A DNA stretch of 64,000 bases, from assembly GCA_963726225.1 (NCBI GenBank), contig CAVSBN010000005.1:127372-191371 (forward strand), written 5' to 3'. Position 1 is the stretch's first letter. Every line of letters starts with the position of its first letter. Of the stretch, positions 1 to 10,118 are shown piece after piece. The stretch is from an uncultured Chloroflexia bacterium (lineage in GTDB: Bacteria; Chloroflexota; Dehalococcoidia; Dehalococcoidales; UBA2162). The position numbers and the translations under genes are program-made. The notes beneath the pieces were generated by a model. That model saw only the letters and a list, made by a program, of their open reading frames with translations, had not been told where the DNA came from and made no database searches.

Positions 1-68
1 TTCTTGCTGGCCAGTTCTCTTACGGTTGCCTGTAGTCTCTTGTGTTCTTCACTTAGTGTAAAATCCAT
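1..68 (-). CDS. acyl-CoA dehydrogenase-like protein, N-terminal fragment running off the window
   Basis: ATG at 68-66 is preceded by GGAGAAGGGAAGG. The translation MDFTLSEEHKRLQATVRELASK resembles typical acyl-CoA dehydrogenase N-termini. Only 22 codons are visible. Confidence 0.4.
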   Translation of the reverse strand, partial: MDFTLSEEHKRLQATVRELASK

Positions 69-159
69 GACCCTTCCCTTCTCCTGTCAGAAATTTGCCG
101 GCGAATTCACGCCCCTCCATTACATTCTATCCGTATCTTAAGCATTTATCAATCCGGCT

Positions 160-876
160 TTAAACGATAGGCCTTTTGCCGGGTAGGCCGGGGCGGCGGG
201 GGTACTGAGAAGGAGTGGGGGCTATCTTGTCAATGACTATCAGCCAGCGCTCCTCACCAAACTCTGCCAGGTTAATTCTTTTTGTCTCTCTCAGTCTGCC
301 GCCGAGGGTGTGGATGGCTTTGGCCGCCTCATTCATCTCTGAATCAACCCCGGCTTTCTTCTGGGCAATGAAGCGGCCGCCAACGGCGCAAAAGGGCAGG
401 GTTAGCTCAACGAGCGCGGGTAAACCCGCCACTGCCCGTGAGAGCACAATGTCGAATTTCTCGCGGTACTGGGTCTGGCGGGCAATCTCTTCCGCCCGTC
501 CCACCACGATTTCAATATCATCCAGCCCCAGCTTCTGCTTGAGGTGGTGCAGGAACTTTGCCTTTTTGGTCGTGGCATCAAGGAGTACCAATTCTATTTC
601 GGGCAGGACAATCTTGAGTGGCGCTCCCGGCAAGCCAGCCCCGGTGCCAACATCAATAATGCGGAGGTTTTTCTTTATCGGTTGCGGGAAAGCCAGGGTG
701 ACGGTGAGCGAGTCAAGGAAATGCTTAATCTGCACCTCTTCATAGTCGGTGATGGCGGTCAAATTCATCCGCCGGTTCCAGTCGGTAAGCTCCTGATAGT
801 AAATAGAAAACTGCTCAATCTGCCTCGGATTGAGTTGCAGTCCCAGCTTCTTGGCTCCGGCGATAAGCTTGTCCAT
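160..876 (-). CDS. rsmG: 16S rRNA (guanine527-N7)-methyltransferase RsmG/GidB
   Basis: 238-aa ORF with the SAM motif IIDVGTGAGLPG and typical RsmG length and layout. Confidence 0.85.
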   Translation of the reverse strand: MDKLIAGAKKLGLQLNPRQIEQFSIYYQELTDWNRRMNLTAITDYEEVQIKHFLDSLTVTLAFPQPIKKNLRIIDVGTGAGLPGAPLKIVLPEIELVLLDATTKKAKFLHHLKQKLGLDDIEIVVGRAEEIARQTQYREKFDIVLSRAVAGLPALVELTLPFCAVGGRFIAQKKAGVDSEMNEAAKAIHTLGGRLRETKRINLAEFGEERWLIVIDKIAPTPSQYPRRPGLPGKRPIV

Positions 877-951
877 TGAGGTATACCACTATATCGGTGT
901 TGCCTCATTATATCAATTCCTGCCTGTGTAGAGTAACAACTTCTCTATCTT

Positions 952-1145
952 AACCCCATCCCCTGTATCCCCTTCCCCTGACTTGTCGGGGAGGGGGAAA
1001 TTTGTCTTAAGAGGAGGATTAGGTCCCTTCAGCCTCCATTTCAAAGATTGGCCATGCCTGTGGGGGCGTCTAAGAGGGGCGAAGCCCCTCTTTCTTAATA
1101 ATCTTCCTCCCCCGATATAATCGGGGGGGACTAAGGGGGTGAGGT
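952..1145. repeat. MITE-like palindromic intergenic element, copy A
   Basis: Left end is AACCCCATCCCCTGTATCCCC. The reverse complement of the right end is ACCTCACCCCCTTAGTCCC. Internal hairpins include AAGAGGGGC-gaa-GCCCCTCTT and TCCCCCGAT-ataa-ATCGGGGGA. Same architecture as 28653-28930 and 43908-44080. Confidence 0.7.
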
Positions 1146-1231
1146 AGACAAGAAATTGCCAGCTGGCCGGCGCATTTGCATTTGAAACTATCTTGTGTTA
1201 TTATGGTATCAAATAAATTAAATACAGTGTT

Positions 1232-1318
1232 CCGCTAGGGGTGCTCAGAGGCTGAGAGGCGGTTTGAGGCCAACCCTTGGAACCTGAACTCGGTAATGCG
1301 AGCGTAGGGAAGCGGGCG
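1232..1318 (+). promoter_or_regulatory. TPP (THI-box) riboswitch upstream of thiC
   Basis: Contains CTAGGGGTGC...GCTGAGAG...ACCCTTGGAACCTGA...GGTAATGC.AGCGTAGGGA, which matches the conserved TPP aptamer core. It sits directly 5' of thiC. Confidence 0.85.
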
Positions 1319-1383
1319 CAATTTAGACCAAGGGCCTTGACTAACCGCCGTAAGCCCTTGGTTTTCTTTTGTGGAGGTGGGCG

Positions 1384-2679
1384 ATGACACAACTGGAACT
1401 GGCTAGGGAAGGGACTATCTCCCCGCAGATGAAGGCGGTGGCCAAGAGTGAGGGGGTGGCGGCCGAATTCATCCGGCAGGGCGTGGCCGACGGGACAATC
1501 GTTATCCCGTCCAATATCAAGCATGCCAATCTTGTCCCCTGTGGTATCGGGCAGGGGCTGAGAACCAAGGTTAATGCCAATATCGGTACCTCCTCCGACT
1601 ACGGCGATGTCAATACCGAGCTGGCAAAAGTGCGCATCGCCGTTGACGCCGGGGCCGATGCCGTCATGGACTTGAGTACCGGCGGCGATATTCCCACTAT
1701 CCGGCGAGCGATTATTGCCGCTAGCTCCGTGCCCATCGGCACGGTGCCCATCTATCAGGCTGGAATTGAAGCCATTGAAAAATACGGTGCCATCGTCAAA
1801 ATGACGGCCGATAATATCTTTGCCGTCATTGAAGAGAACTGCCGCGATGGCGTTGATTTCATCACGGTGCACTGCGGCGTGACCCAGCCGGCGATTGCCC
1901 GACTCAAGCAGCAGGGCCGGGTGGCTGATGTGGTGTCGCGGGGCGGGGCTTTCTTGATTGGCTGGATGCTCTACAATGAGCGAGAGAATCCTCTTTATGA
2001 GCAGTACGACCGCCTGCTGGAGCTGGCCAAGGAGTTTGATGTTACCCTGAGCCTGGGCGATGGTATGCGTCCGGGCAGTCTGGCCGACGCTACCGACCGT
2101 CCCCAGCTAGAGGAGTTGCTGACTCTGGGTGAACTGATTGAGCGTGCCCGGCAGGCTGGCGTCCAGGCAATGGTGGAAGGGCCAGGACACCTGCCACTGA
2201 ATCAGATTGAGGCCAATGTTCAACTGGAAAAGACTATTTGTAAAGGGGCTCCCTTCTATGTGCTTGGCCCGCTGGTGACCGATGTTGCTGCGGGGTACGA
2301 CCATATCACCGGCGCGATTGGCGGGGCGGTGGCTGCGGCGGCCGGGGCGGATTTTCTCTGTTATGTGACGCCCGCCGAGCATCTGGGCCTGCCCGACGCC
2401 GAAGATGTGCGGCAGGGGGTGATTGCCTCGCGCATTGCGGCTCATGCGGCGGATATCGTCAAGGGGGTCAAGGGCGCCAGTGACTGGGACAGGAAAATGT
2501 CCATTGCGCGCAAGAAGTTAGACTGGACGGAACAGGCCAAACTGTCGTTAGACCCGGAGCGAAGCCGGCAAGGGCACGCCGCGCATGCTTCCACCGGGAC
2601 GGCTTGCAGTATGTGCGGGCAATATTGTGCCATGGCCTTGATGGAGAAATATCTGGGTGTCATGACACCCAAGTGTTAG
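1384..2679 (+). CDS. thiC: phosphomethylpyrimidine synthase ThiC
   Basis: The ORF carries typical ThiC blocks ([16 protein letters not shown]-terminal CSMCG). ATG at 1384 follows GGAGGTG. The track ORF starts at GTG 1369. Confidence 0.9.
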   Translation: MTQLELAREGTISPQMKAVAKSEGVAAEFIRQGVADGTIVIPSNIKHANLVPCGIGQGLRTKVNANIGTSSDYGDVNTELAKVRIAVDAGADAVMDLSTGGDIPTIRRAIIAASSVPIGTVPIYQAGIEAIEKYGAIVKMTADNIFAVIEENCRDGVDFITVHCGVTQPAIARLKQQGRVADVVSRGGAFLIGWMLYNERENPLYEQYDRLLELAKEFDVTLSLGDGMRPGSLADATDRPQLEELLTLGELIERARQAGVQAMVEGPGHLPLNQIEANVQLEKTICKGAPFYVLGPLVTDVAAGYDHITGAIGGAVAAAAGADFLCYVTPAEHLGLPDAEDVRQGVIASRIAAHAADIVKGVKGASDWDRKMSIARKKLDWTEQAKLSLDPERSRQGHAAHASTGTACSMCGQYCAMALMEKYLGVMTPKC

Positions 2680-2704
2680 CCAAACTAAAACCAGCGGAGG
2701 GAAT

Positions 2705-3499
2705 ATGCTGGACGATGTCATTATCTCGAAAGCCATCACTGAGAGTTACATGAAGGACTTTCTTGATGCGATGGAGGTTGATGTGGCGATTGGGGGAGCC
2801 GGGCCGGCCGGAATGACGGCCGCTTATTATTTAGCCCGGGAGGGAGTAAAGACGGTCATCTTTGAGAAGCAGTTACGCGTCGGTGGCGGGATGCCCGGCG
2901 GGGGAATGATGTTTAATCGCATCGTAGTACAGGAAGAGGGCAAGAAGATTCTGGATGAGTTTGGGGTCAAGACTAAGGAATATGACAGCGGCTATTACAT
3001 TGCCGATGCATTGGAGGCTGTCGCCAACATCTGTGCCCAGGCTATCAAAGCTGGCGCCCGCATATTTAACCTGATTAGCATTGAGGATGTGATGATTCGA
3101 GAGGAGGAGCGGATAACCGGCCTGGTCCTGAACTGGAGCGCCGTAACCATGGCGGGACTGCATGTCGACCCTCTGACGATACGCTCAAAGCTGGTGATTG
3201 ATGCTACCGGGCATGCCGGCGAAATCTGCCACATCGTGGTCAACAAGATTGGCGCTAGATTGAGGACGGAGTCTGGCAAGATAATGGGTGAGAAGCCGAT
3301 GTGGGCGGAGGTGGGGGAAAAGGCGATAGTCGATAATACCAGAGAGGTTTACCCTGGCCTGATTGTGGCCGGTATGGCGGCCAATGCTGTCTTTGGGGCG
3401 CCCAGGATGGGGCCCATCTTTGGCGGTATGCTCCTGTCCGGGAGACGGGCCGCTGAGATTGCCCTCAAACTTTTACCCCGAGTGAAGGTGTCGCCGTGA
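2705..3499 (+). CDS. thi4: Thi4-family thiazole synthase, His-type (non-suicidal, sulfide-dependent class)
   Basis: N-terminal GGAGPAG dinucleotide-binding motif and Thi4-like length. The active-site segment is IDATGHAGE, with His170 (nt 3212-3214) at the position where eukaryotic THI4 has the sacrificial Cys. Confidence 0.8.
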   Translation: MLDDVIISKAITESYMKDFLDAMEVDVAIGGAGPAGMTAAYYLAREGVKTVIFEKQLRVGGGMPGGGMMFNRIVVQEEGKKILDEFGVKTKEYDSGYYIADALEAVANICAQAIKAGARIFNLISIEDVMIREEERITGLVLNWSAVTMAGLHVDPLTIRSKLVIDATGHAGEICHIVVNKIGARLRTESGKIMGEKPMWAEVGEKAIVDNTREVYPGLIVAGMAANAVFGAPRMGPIFGGMLLSGRRAAEIALKLLPRVKVSP

Positions 3500-4695
3500 A
3501 AGCTGAAATAATTTCCATCGGCAGCGAGCTTCTTCTGGGGGAAACCACCGATACCAACGCTTCTTACTTAGCCAGCCAGTTAGTCCTTCTGGGCATAGAT
3601 TTGCACTGGGTTTCGCAGGTGGGTGACGACCTTTCCCGACTGGTCGAAGTGATTAAGCGTGCCTGGCAGCGCTCCGACCTTGTCCTGACCAGCGGCGGTC
3701 TGGGGCCAACGGCAGATGACCTGACCCGCGAGGCCATCGCTGAGATGCTGGGGGAGAAGCTGGCCATTGATGCCTCTCTGGAGCGGGAGTTGCGCGAGCG
3801 CTTTGACCACTGGGGCATGAATATGCCGCAGAGCAATTTGAGACAGGCTACTCTCATTCCTTCAGCCAGGTCGCTCAAGAATGCCCAGGGGACGGCTCCC
3901 GGCTGGTGGGTGGAACGGGATGGTCGCAGCCTAATCGCTTTACCCGGCCCACCGCGCGAAATGCAGGAGATGTGGCAGAAGGAAGTCCAGCCCCGACTCC
4001 AGCAAGGGTCCAAATTCGTGATTCTGGCCAGGAGCTTCAAGACGTTGGGCCTATCGGAGGCGGCGGTGGGCGAAATGGCTTTTCCCCTCTTTCCTTCAGA
4101 AAATCCGGCACTCGGGGTCTACGCGAAGCCGGACGGGATTCAACTGCGCCTGAAGGCCAGGGCGGAGAGCCAGAAACAGGCGGAAGCTATACTGGCTGAA
4201 GGCGAGGCTAAAATCCGAAAGGTGCTGGGCGACTATATCTGGGGGACGGATAATGATACGCTGGAAACAGCCATCGGGCGCTTGCTGGTTGAGAGAGGAC
4301 TGACCCTGGCGATTATGGAAGACTACAGCGGCGGCTGGCTGACGGCCAGCCTGACCGATGTTCCCGAAAGCACCAGGTTCTTTAGAGGGGGCTTAATTGC
4401 CTCTAGTGACCAGGCTAAGATAGCCTTTGGTGTCAAAGCAGAGACTATTTCCAAACATGGTGCGGTGAGCGCTGAAGTGGCCAAGGCCATGGCGGAAGCG
4501 GTCAAGTCACTGCTGAAAGCCAATATCGGCATTGGCATTACCGGGATAGATGAGGCTTCGCGGCCAACAGGCACTGTCTTTGTCAGTATAACCAATGGCC
4601 AAGGTGGCCAGGTGGTCAGCCGACCTCGCGGCAAGCGGCGAATCACCTCAACTGCCCTTTTTGAATTGCGAAAACTGCTCCTTTCTCCGGGTTAA
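3496..4695 (+). CDS. cinA: CinA-family protein (MoCF-binding domain plus nicotinamide-nucleotide amidase PncC-like domain)
   Basis: Begins [26 protein letters not shown], which is typical of CinA. 399 aa. Overlaps the thi4 stop by 4 nt. Confidence 0.8.
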   Translation: MKAEIISIGSELLLGETTDTNASYLASQLVLLGIDLHWVSQVGDDLSRLVEVIKRAWQRSDLVLTSGGLGPTADDLTREAIAEMLGEKLAIDASLERELRERFDHWGMNMPQSNLRQATLIPSARSLKNAQGTAPGWWVERDGRSLIALPGPPREMQEMWQKEVQPRLQQGSKFVILARSFKTLGLSEAAVGEMAFPLFPSENPALGVYAKPDGIQLRLKARAESQKQAEAILAEGEAKIRKVLGDYIWGTDNDTLETAIGRLLVERGLTLAIMEDYSGGWLTASLTDVPESTRFFRGGLIASSDQAKIAFGVKAETISKHGAVSAEVAKAMAEAVKSLLKANIGIGITGIDEASRPTGTVFVSITNGQGGQVVSRPRGKRRITSTALFELRKLLLSPG

Positions 4696-4700
4696 GTAGA

Positions 4701-5496
4701 ATGCGTGGCGTTATTAGTCTGGGCGAGTTCTTTGGTATCCGGTTCCGACTTCACTTCACCTGGTTCATTATTTTCGCTCTGGTAACCATCTCCCTCGTCT
4801 ATCCCGAGTACTCGCGGTGGACTTACTGGGTTGTCGGTATCATTACCAGTCTTTTGTTCTTTGCTTCGGTGTTGGCCCATGAAGTGGCCCACAGCCTGGT
4901 AGGTCGGGCCAATGGTATCCCGATTGAGAGCATTACCCTCTTCATCTTCGGCGGTGTGGCCCAGATGACCAGAGAGGTCACCCGCCCTAATGCCGAGCTA
5001 AAAATGGCGGCCGCTGGCCCTCTCTGCAGTCTGGCCATTGGCGGTGTGTTTGGTCTCCTCTGGTGGTTCATACCCAACGCACCTGAGCCCATCGCCACCA
5101 TGATTTGGTGGCTGGCGGTCATGAATGGAGCGCTGGCGGCCTTCAATCTGATTCCCGGCTTCCCGCTGGATGGCGGTCGTGTCTTTCGCTCTTTACTCTG
5201 GCGTTTGACTGGCAGCTATCATCGCTCAACAAAAATCGCCACGCGGGTAGGGCAGGGTATCGGCTATCTATTTATGCTCGGCGGGATTCTGATAATCGCC
5301 CTGCATCCCTTTGAGCTGTCCTGGTTTGACGGCATCTGGATAGTTCTTTATTGGCTGGTTTCTGGAAAACGCGGCCAGAACCAGTTACCGCCAGCTCCGC
5401 CAGGAAGAGATACCTCCCCCTCTGGGGGGTCCAACAGCCACACCACCTGATTATCCCACAGCGCCAAGTGGCACTGCCAATAAGTCGCAGTCTTAA
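4701..5496 (+). CDS. site-2 protease family (M50) zinc metalloprotease; +1 frame break near 5347-5349
   Basis: HEVAHSL zinc motif and polytopic membrane profile. After WIVL the +1 frame reads IGWFLENAARTSYRQLRQEE, a conserved M50 C-terminal segment, and runs to TAA 5494-5496. Confidence 0.75.
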
Positions 5497-5523
5497 CTCG
5501 TAACCCTATATGGATGGAACGAA

Positions 5524-6265
5524 GTGAAAGAAGCCATAATCTATCTATTGGCCGTCACTGCCGCTGAGGTCATCACGGTTGCCATCAAACCGATGTGGGG
5601 AATCGTGTTCCACATTCTGATACTGGTGGCGCTCCTGCTGCACGCCGCCTTGGTTGGTAAGGATACCCTCCAGAAGTTCCTGCTGTCGCTAGCTCTGGTT
5701 CCCCTGATAAGGGTAATCAGCCTGTCTTTGCCTCTAGCCAACATCCCTCAGGTCTGGTGGTATCCTATTGTTTATGCCCCACTGCTGGTCGCCGCCCTGG
5801 TAGTTGCCCGCCTCTCCGGCTACCGGCGAGAGCAAATAGGGTTAACTTTCAAGCGGGTTGGCATCCAACTGGCCATTGCCCTGACCGGGCTTCTCTTTGG
5901 CATGGTAGAGTATTTCATCCTGCGTGAGGAGGCCGAGGCGTCCGGTCAGGTGTTGCAGGAAACCTGGCTACTGACCGCCTTTTTCCTGCTGGTGTGTACC
6001 GGATTTGTGGAAGAATTGATTTTCCGTGGCGTGATGCAGCGTAGTGCCGAGGGGATGTTCGGGTGGTGGGGAATAATCTATGTTAGTTTTCTCTTTGGCA
6101 TCTTCCACTTAATCCATAACTCATGGATGGATGTTGTTCTTGTCTTTGGCATTGCTCTATTCTTTGGCTGGGTCGTAAAAAAGACAGGGTCACTTTTGGG
6201 AGTGACCCTGTCACATGGCACTGGCTAATATCGTGCTTTACCTGGTGATTCCGCTTTTCTTCTAG
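5524..6265 (+). CDS. CPBP family intramembrane glutamic endopeptidase (CAAX/Abi); frame break near 6223-6226
   Basis: EELIFRG and FGIFH motifs are present. Removing one G gives ...SHGTANIVLYLVIPLFF*, which restores the terminal HxxxN motif. Confidence 0.75.
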
Positions 6266-6501
6266 AGTATTTCAATGATTTTCACAGCCACCATCGCCGC
6301 AAAAGCCATCACCAGTGGCAAAATGCCTACTGTGGCAAATCGCGCGATGCGCCCGGAGAGCCCGGACTGACTGGCTGTGGCCAGTTCTCGGCTGGCCAGA
6401 AAGACCATTAGTGTAATCACAGCGGCTATGCTGATAGCGGCGGTCAGACCCAGGGCCGCTATTACTGTGGTTACCGTTGTCGTGGTTACTGTGGTGACCG
6501 T
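6262..6501 (-). CDS. candidate small membrane protein (about 79 aa) with a Thr/Val-repeat N-terminus; start codon unresolved
   Basis: A near-consensus promoter (6550-6578) and AAGGAG lie 6 nt before ACG 6501-6499. The open frame reads TVTTVTTTTVTTVIAALGLTAAISIAAVITLMVFLA...VGILPLVMAFAAMVAVKIIEIL, giving two predicted TM helices. There is no canonical start at the 5' end; the first one is a GTG 29 codons in. Confidence 0.35.
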   Translation of the reverse strand, partial: TVTTVTTTTVTTVIAALGLTAAISIAAVITLMVFLASRELATASQSGLSGRIARFATVGILPLVMAFAAMVAVKIIEIL

Positions 6502-6549
6502 GGGTGTCTCCTTCTCAGGAAGTACTAGTCAAAAAATACTATTGGGCAT

Positions 6550-6578
6550 AGTATAGCGCAAAAAAGCACTGTTGTCAA
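6550..6578 (-). promoter_or_regulatory. sigma-70-type promoter for the small ORF
   Basis: On the minus strand: TTGACA, 17 nt, TATACT. Confidence 0.55.
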
Positions 6579-6628
6579 TAGGTACTTTCGTTTTTCTATC
6601 CCTAATTTAAAAGTCCCGTTTTTTATTT

Positions 6629-8415
6629 TCACATTGCCCGGCGCCTGACAGTGAGTGAGACAAACACGGCGATGATAACCACTCCGCAGATGATACCACT
6701 GATGAGCCACCAGTTAATGACCGTGGGTGGTGGCAGGGTTGACTTGACGGTGAAGGTGTCAGACTGGCCGTCAATGGTTACGGTGTAGGTTCCAGCGATT
6801 GCTTGTGAAGTAGTGAAGGTTACCTGCTGGCTGGTGTGGCCAGCTACGGTGATATCCTTGCTGGGCAGAGCAACACCGTCTATCTTGGCGGTTACTTCAT
6901 AGGTGCCGCTGAGGTCGCCGTCATTGGTCACGAGAATGCTGATGGTGACCGTCTCGCCAATATCGGCCACGGCTGGTGAAATGCTCAGCGCGCTGGTGGT
7001 GAAGGTAGCAGGAGTAGGCGGCGGCTTAACCGTGAAGGTGCCGGTCAAGCCGTTGATATCCACATTGTAGGTGCCACCAGCGTCCTCGGTCACTGTGAAC
7101 TCTACTGTCTGCGTGGTGCCACCGGCTACTGAGATATCTTTGGTGGCTACAGACACATTATTGACCTTCAGGGTCAAGTTGGAGCTACTGGCGAGGTCGC
7201 CATTGTTGGCCACCTGGACACCGATAGTCACTGCCTCTCCGGCATTGACCTCGGTTGGCGATATCGTGAGGCCGCTGACGACAATGGCGGCGGGTCTGGT
7301 GTGAGCGATGATGGTAAACGGCGTGCAATGACTTATCTCTACTGAAATGGTATGGGCCGTCGTGTTAACAGTGCAGTTCTCAGATTCAATCCACTTGCTG
7401 GCCGTACTGTCCCAGCTAGCGATGCCCAGCTTCTTCTGGTCGACACCAGCCGGTACCTGGGCCGGGTCGTAGGTGAAGGTCAGGGTGATGGATGGTGTGA
7501 AGGTAGCCCCATCGGGACTGATATCGTAGACCAGGCCAATAATGCTGGTATTCGCTGACGGCGCCGGTGGGTTAGTCATCTTCAGTATACATATCTGTGT
7601 CAATCGCGTGTCACTGCGTGTTCTGGCTCTGGTGCCCTTATTGATGGTGAGCTGGACTTTGCCATCCTGAGATTTGAGAGTGGCCGACAGGTTAAAGACA
7701 CCTTCATCATTGGTGTAGAGAGTGAGGCTGTTGCACCCTGCTGACGGGGGCGCACCGCCACCTCCGCCGCCGCCACCACCGCCACCGCCTGGAGATGTGA
7801 GTGAGAAGACGGAGCTGGTTCCGGAGAACTTCTTGGTGCCATCGCCATAAACAAAGACCTTGACATTATAGTTGCCCTGCTGGCCAACCGCTTGGCGGTG
7901 TCCAGCTTACATTGTAGGTTATGGATACGGTGCCCTGCCCGGTGGCATATCCGTAGCCATAACCATAGCCGAAATAGTGATAGCCTGTACCTTCGGGGTC
8001 TCGGTAGCCGTAGCCCGTGCGGTAACCATACCCATAGCCCCAGTCCGTGGCCGAGCTTACGTTGCGGTAACGGTAACTGCACCACCCCGCCGTACCGAGT
8101 GTAGGTGTCTTGCTTGTCGCCGTTATTCAAAGGTAAGTTGTTACAGGTGGCCACATAAGTGGTAGGATTGGCCACATTGCGCATTTCCATATTGATGTGG
8201 TCTATTGGCAGGAGGTCCTGGTCTTGAACGGTAACTTGCACGGTAAAAGAGTAAGTCTGGCCTAGGGTTCCAGTGGAGGGTAGGGTGGGGAAAGTTATAG
8301 TAAGTGCCTTAACTGGCAAGGGTGATGAAAACCATAGTAAAGCCGCCACCACCATTACCAGGAGAAACGGTAGGGCTACTCTCCTGAGGACAGTATATTT
8401 TGTTACTTTTTTCAC
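6629..8415 (-). CDS. secreted, membrane-anchored surface protein with Gly/Tyr-rich segment, poly-Gly linker and two CARDB-like repeats; at least 2 frame breaks (about 7885-7890 and 8050-8100)
   Basis: Signal peptide MKKVTKYTVLRRVALPFLLVMVVAALLWFSSPLPVKA. Alternative frames read YGYGYRTGYGYRDPEGTGYHYFGYGYGYGY and NYNVKVFVYGDGTKKFSGTSSVFSLTSPGGGGGGGGGGGAPP, running in frame into the 6629-7603 ORF. That ORF has two repeats of the form ISP..V..GE.VTI...V.N.GDL.. and a C-terminal TM helix followed by RRR. Confidence 0.65.
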
Positions 8416-8641
8416 TTTGGCCGCAACTTAAGTTTCTTTAAGTGTACACTATCTCGCCGAAAAAGTCACGCCTTTTTGGACTTTTCGCACATTGTATATT
8501 ATGTTTAGTCAAAAGTCAAGACTTGTTCGTGGACTTTTAGCCAAAATTATAAGGTATCTCGTGTGAAATGTCAATCACCTTTTAGTTTATCTCAGCAGGT
8601 AAATGTTCCTGGCCAGTGGTACCAAATCAGCATTATGACTC

Positions 8642-10075
8642 TCATACTCGACCTGTCGGGTTTGGGCCACTTTCATAGACACGGGTATAGACAATGGAGA
8701 TACCGTTTCCTCTCAGGAAGGTGGTATTACTGCTGCCGCCGCTGAGGAAGTCGTAGGCCTCATTGTCCTTGGCGGTAGGATAGGCGTGTATCCGCGTGTA
8801 GACCTTTTTACCGGTAATCGCCGTGAAGGCCGTAGCTTTCCACGGGTCCAGGATGGCTTTGTCATACTCTTTACCGACATTATCTTTAATCCAGATGAAG
8901 GCTTGGTAGTCTTCGCTGTCTATCATGTGATAGTAAGGGGCGTTCTGTCGTGCCGGGACTGTTACGGCTAGCGTCACCCCGATGAGGGCGAGGCACAGGA
9001 ACTTGCCCAGATATCGGCTGGCGATGGATGCTTTTGGCCAGTGGCTGAGTCTGGCGGGCAGTGTCAGGTTTTTGACTCCGGCCAGCCCGGCCCCGGCGAC
9101 CAGGCTCATCATCAGCATCAAATACAGCAGGCCACGCTCGTAGACAATAGGTACGCCGTAATGAAAAGTGTAAAAGATGACCAGCATCAGCAGTAAGACC
9201 AGCAGGCCCAGAATCAGGCCGTAGTTTTTCCTGCCACCTTGTCGGGCCAGCAGGAAGGTGCCCAGCAGACAGAACAGAGTTGGTAAATAACCATAAGTCT
9301 CGATGACCCGCGGTAGCTGGACATACTCGGTGGGTGGATGCGAAGTAAACAGGCTCTTGAAGGTAGGGCCCAAAAGGTCAAATATCCAGGGAAAAACAAC
9401 TAGGAAAGGGAGGGCCAGGGCTAAAGCGATGCCCAGGCTGTGCTTGAAGTTACCCTTCAAATTAAGTAGGATATAGGGGGCGAGGATGAGAATGGGGTAG
9501 ATGGCTGACGGGGCATGTATTGCCAGCAGGAAAGAGGTGAGAACAAAGATTAGCAGGTAAGACCAGATGGTGCTGAGGTTGAAGGCGAGAAAGATAATCA
9601 GTGGTGTGAAAAGGAGTCCTAAAGTCGCCGGAACCAGGAAGCTGGGGCCCAGTATGCCAACTGTAGTGGGTATTAAGGCCGTAAAGAAAGCAGCTTCCCA
9701 GCCAAAACCTTCCCGCTTCGCCAGGACATAGACGGCGAGAACGGTTAGCATGAGAATGATGCCGGGGAAGTAGCGGAAGATGGTCAACCAGGAAAGGCCG
9801 CTAATCGACTGGAAGATGCCCCAGAACAGATGGAAGCTGGCTTCCAGATTGGAGCCGAGTCCAATGGTCGCTCCACCATAAAAGGGCTCAACATAAGAGG
9901 TATTACCGGCTTGGAGCATAGCCTGGGAGTTGGCCAGATGCACCCATTCATCGACATGCAGTGGGTAGGGGTAATTCTGATGCGGAATGAAAGCAATGTA
10001 GAAAGCCAGCCCCAGTGCGAGCAGTAGCAGCAGATAATCGACCTTGAAGAGCCTTTTAATATTGAATGAGGTCAT
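8642..10075 (-). CDS. polytopic membrane protein, possibly a GT-C-fold glycosyltransferase
   Basis: 477 aa with about 12 hydrophobic helices. An acidic motif (HVDEW) sits in the first extracytoplasmic loop, and there is a soluble C-terminal domain. Function is inferred only from this architecture and from adjacency to the surface protein. Confidence 0.35.
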   Translation of the reverse strand: MTSFNIKRLFKVDYLLLLLALGLAFYIAFIPHQNYPYPLHVDEWVHLANSQAMLQAGNTSYVEPFYGGATIGLGSNLEASFHLFWGIFQSISGLSWLTIFRYFPGIILMLTVLAVYVLAKREGFGWEAAFFTALIPTTVGILGPSFLVPATLGLLFTPLIIFLAFNLSTIWSYLLIFVLTSFLLAIHAPSAIYPILILAPYILLNLKGNFKHSLGIALALALPFLVVFPWIFDLLGPTFKSLFTSHPPTEYVQLPRVIETYGYLPTLFCLLGTFLLARQGGRKNYGLILGLLVLLLMLVIFYTFHYGVPIVYERGLLYLMLMMSLVAGAGLAGVKNLTLPARLSHWPKASIASRYLGKFLCLALIGVTLAVTVPARQNAPYYHMIDSEDYQAFIWIKDNVGKEYDKAILDPWKATAFTAITGKKVYTRIHAYPTAKDNEAYDFLSGGSSNTTFLRGNGISIVYTRVYESGPNPTGRV

Positions 10076-10118
10076 CTCTCACATCCGGGCTAAATTAGAG
10101 TAGGCAGGGATACACGGC

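Noticed and set aside
215-745. Long antisense or shadow ORFs overlapping well-supported genes. Examples are 215-745, 1201-1872, 19319-19924, 21064-21774, 32894-33769, 33231-34058, 36606-37043, 45107-45784 and 52697-53125.
   Set aside because: Each lies opposite, or out of frame with, a gene carrying strong family motifs. Their translations are low-complexity (Arg/Pro/Gly/Ser-rich), which is typical of GC-rich shadow frames. None has an RBS or recognisable motif.
7741-7790. GGC/GGT/GCC low-complexity tract, considered as a simple-sequence contingency locus.
   Set aside because: In the repaired frame it encodes a poly-Gly linker. It is an imperfect codon mix rather than a pure mono- or dinucleotide repeat, so phase variation is not supported by the sequence alone.
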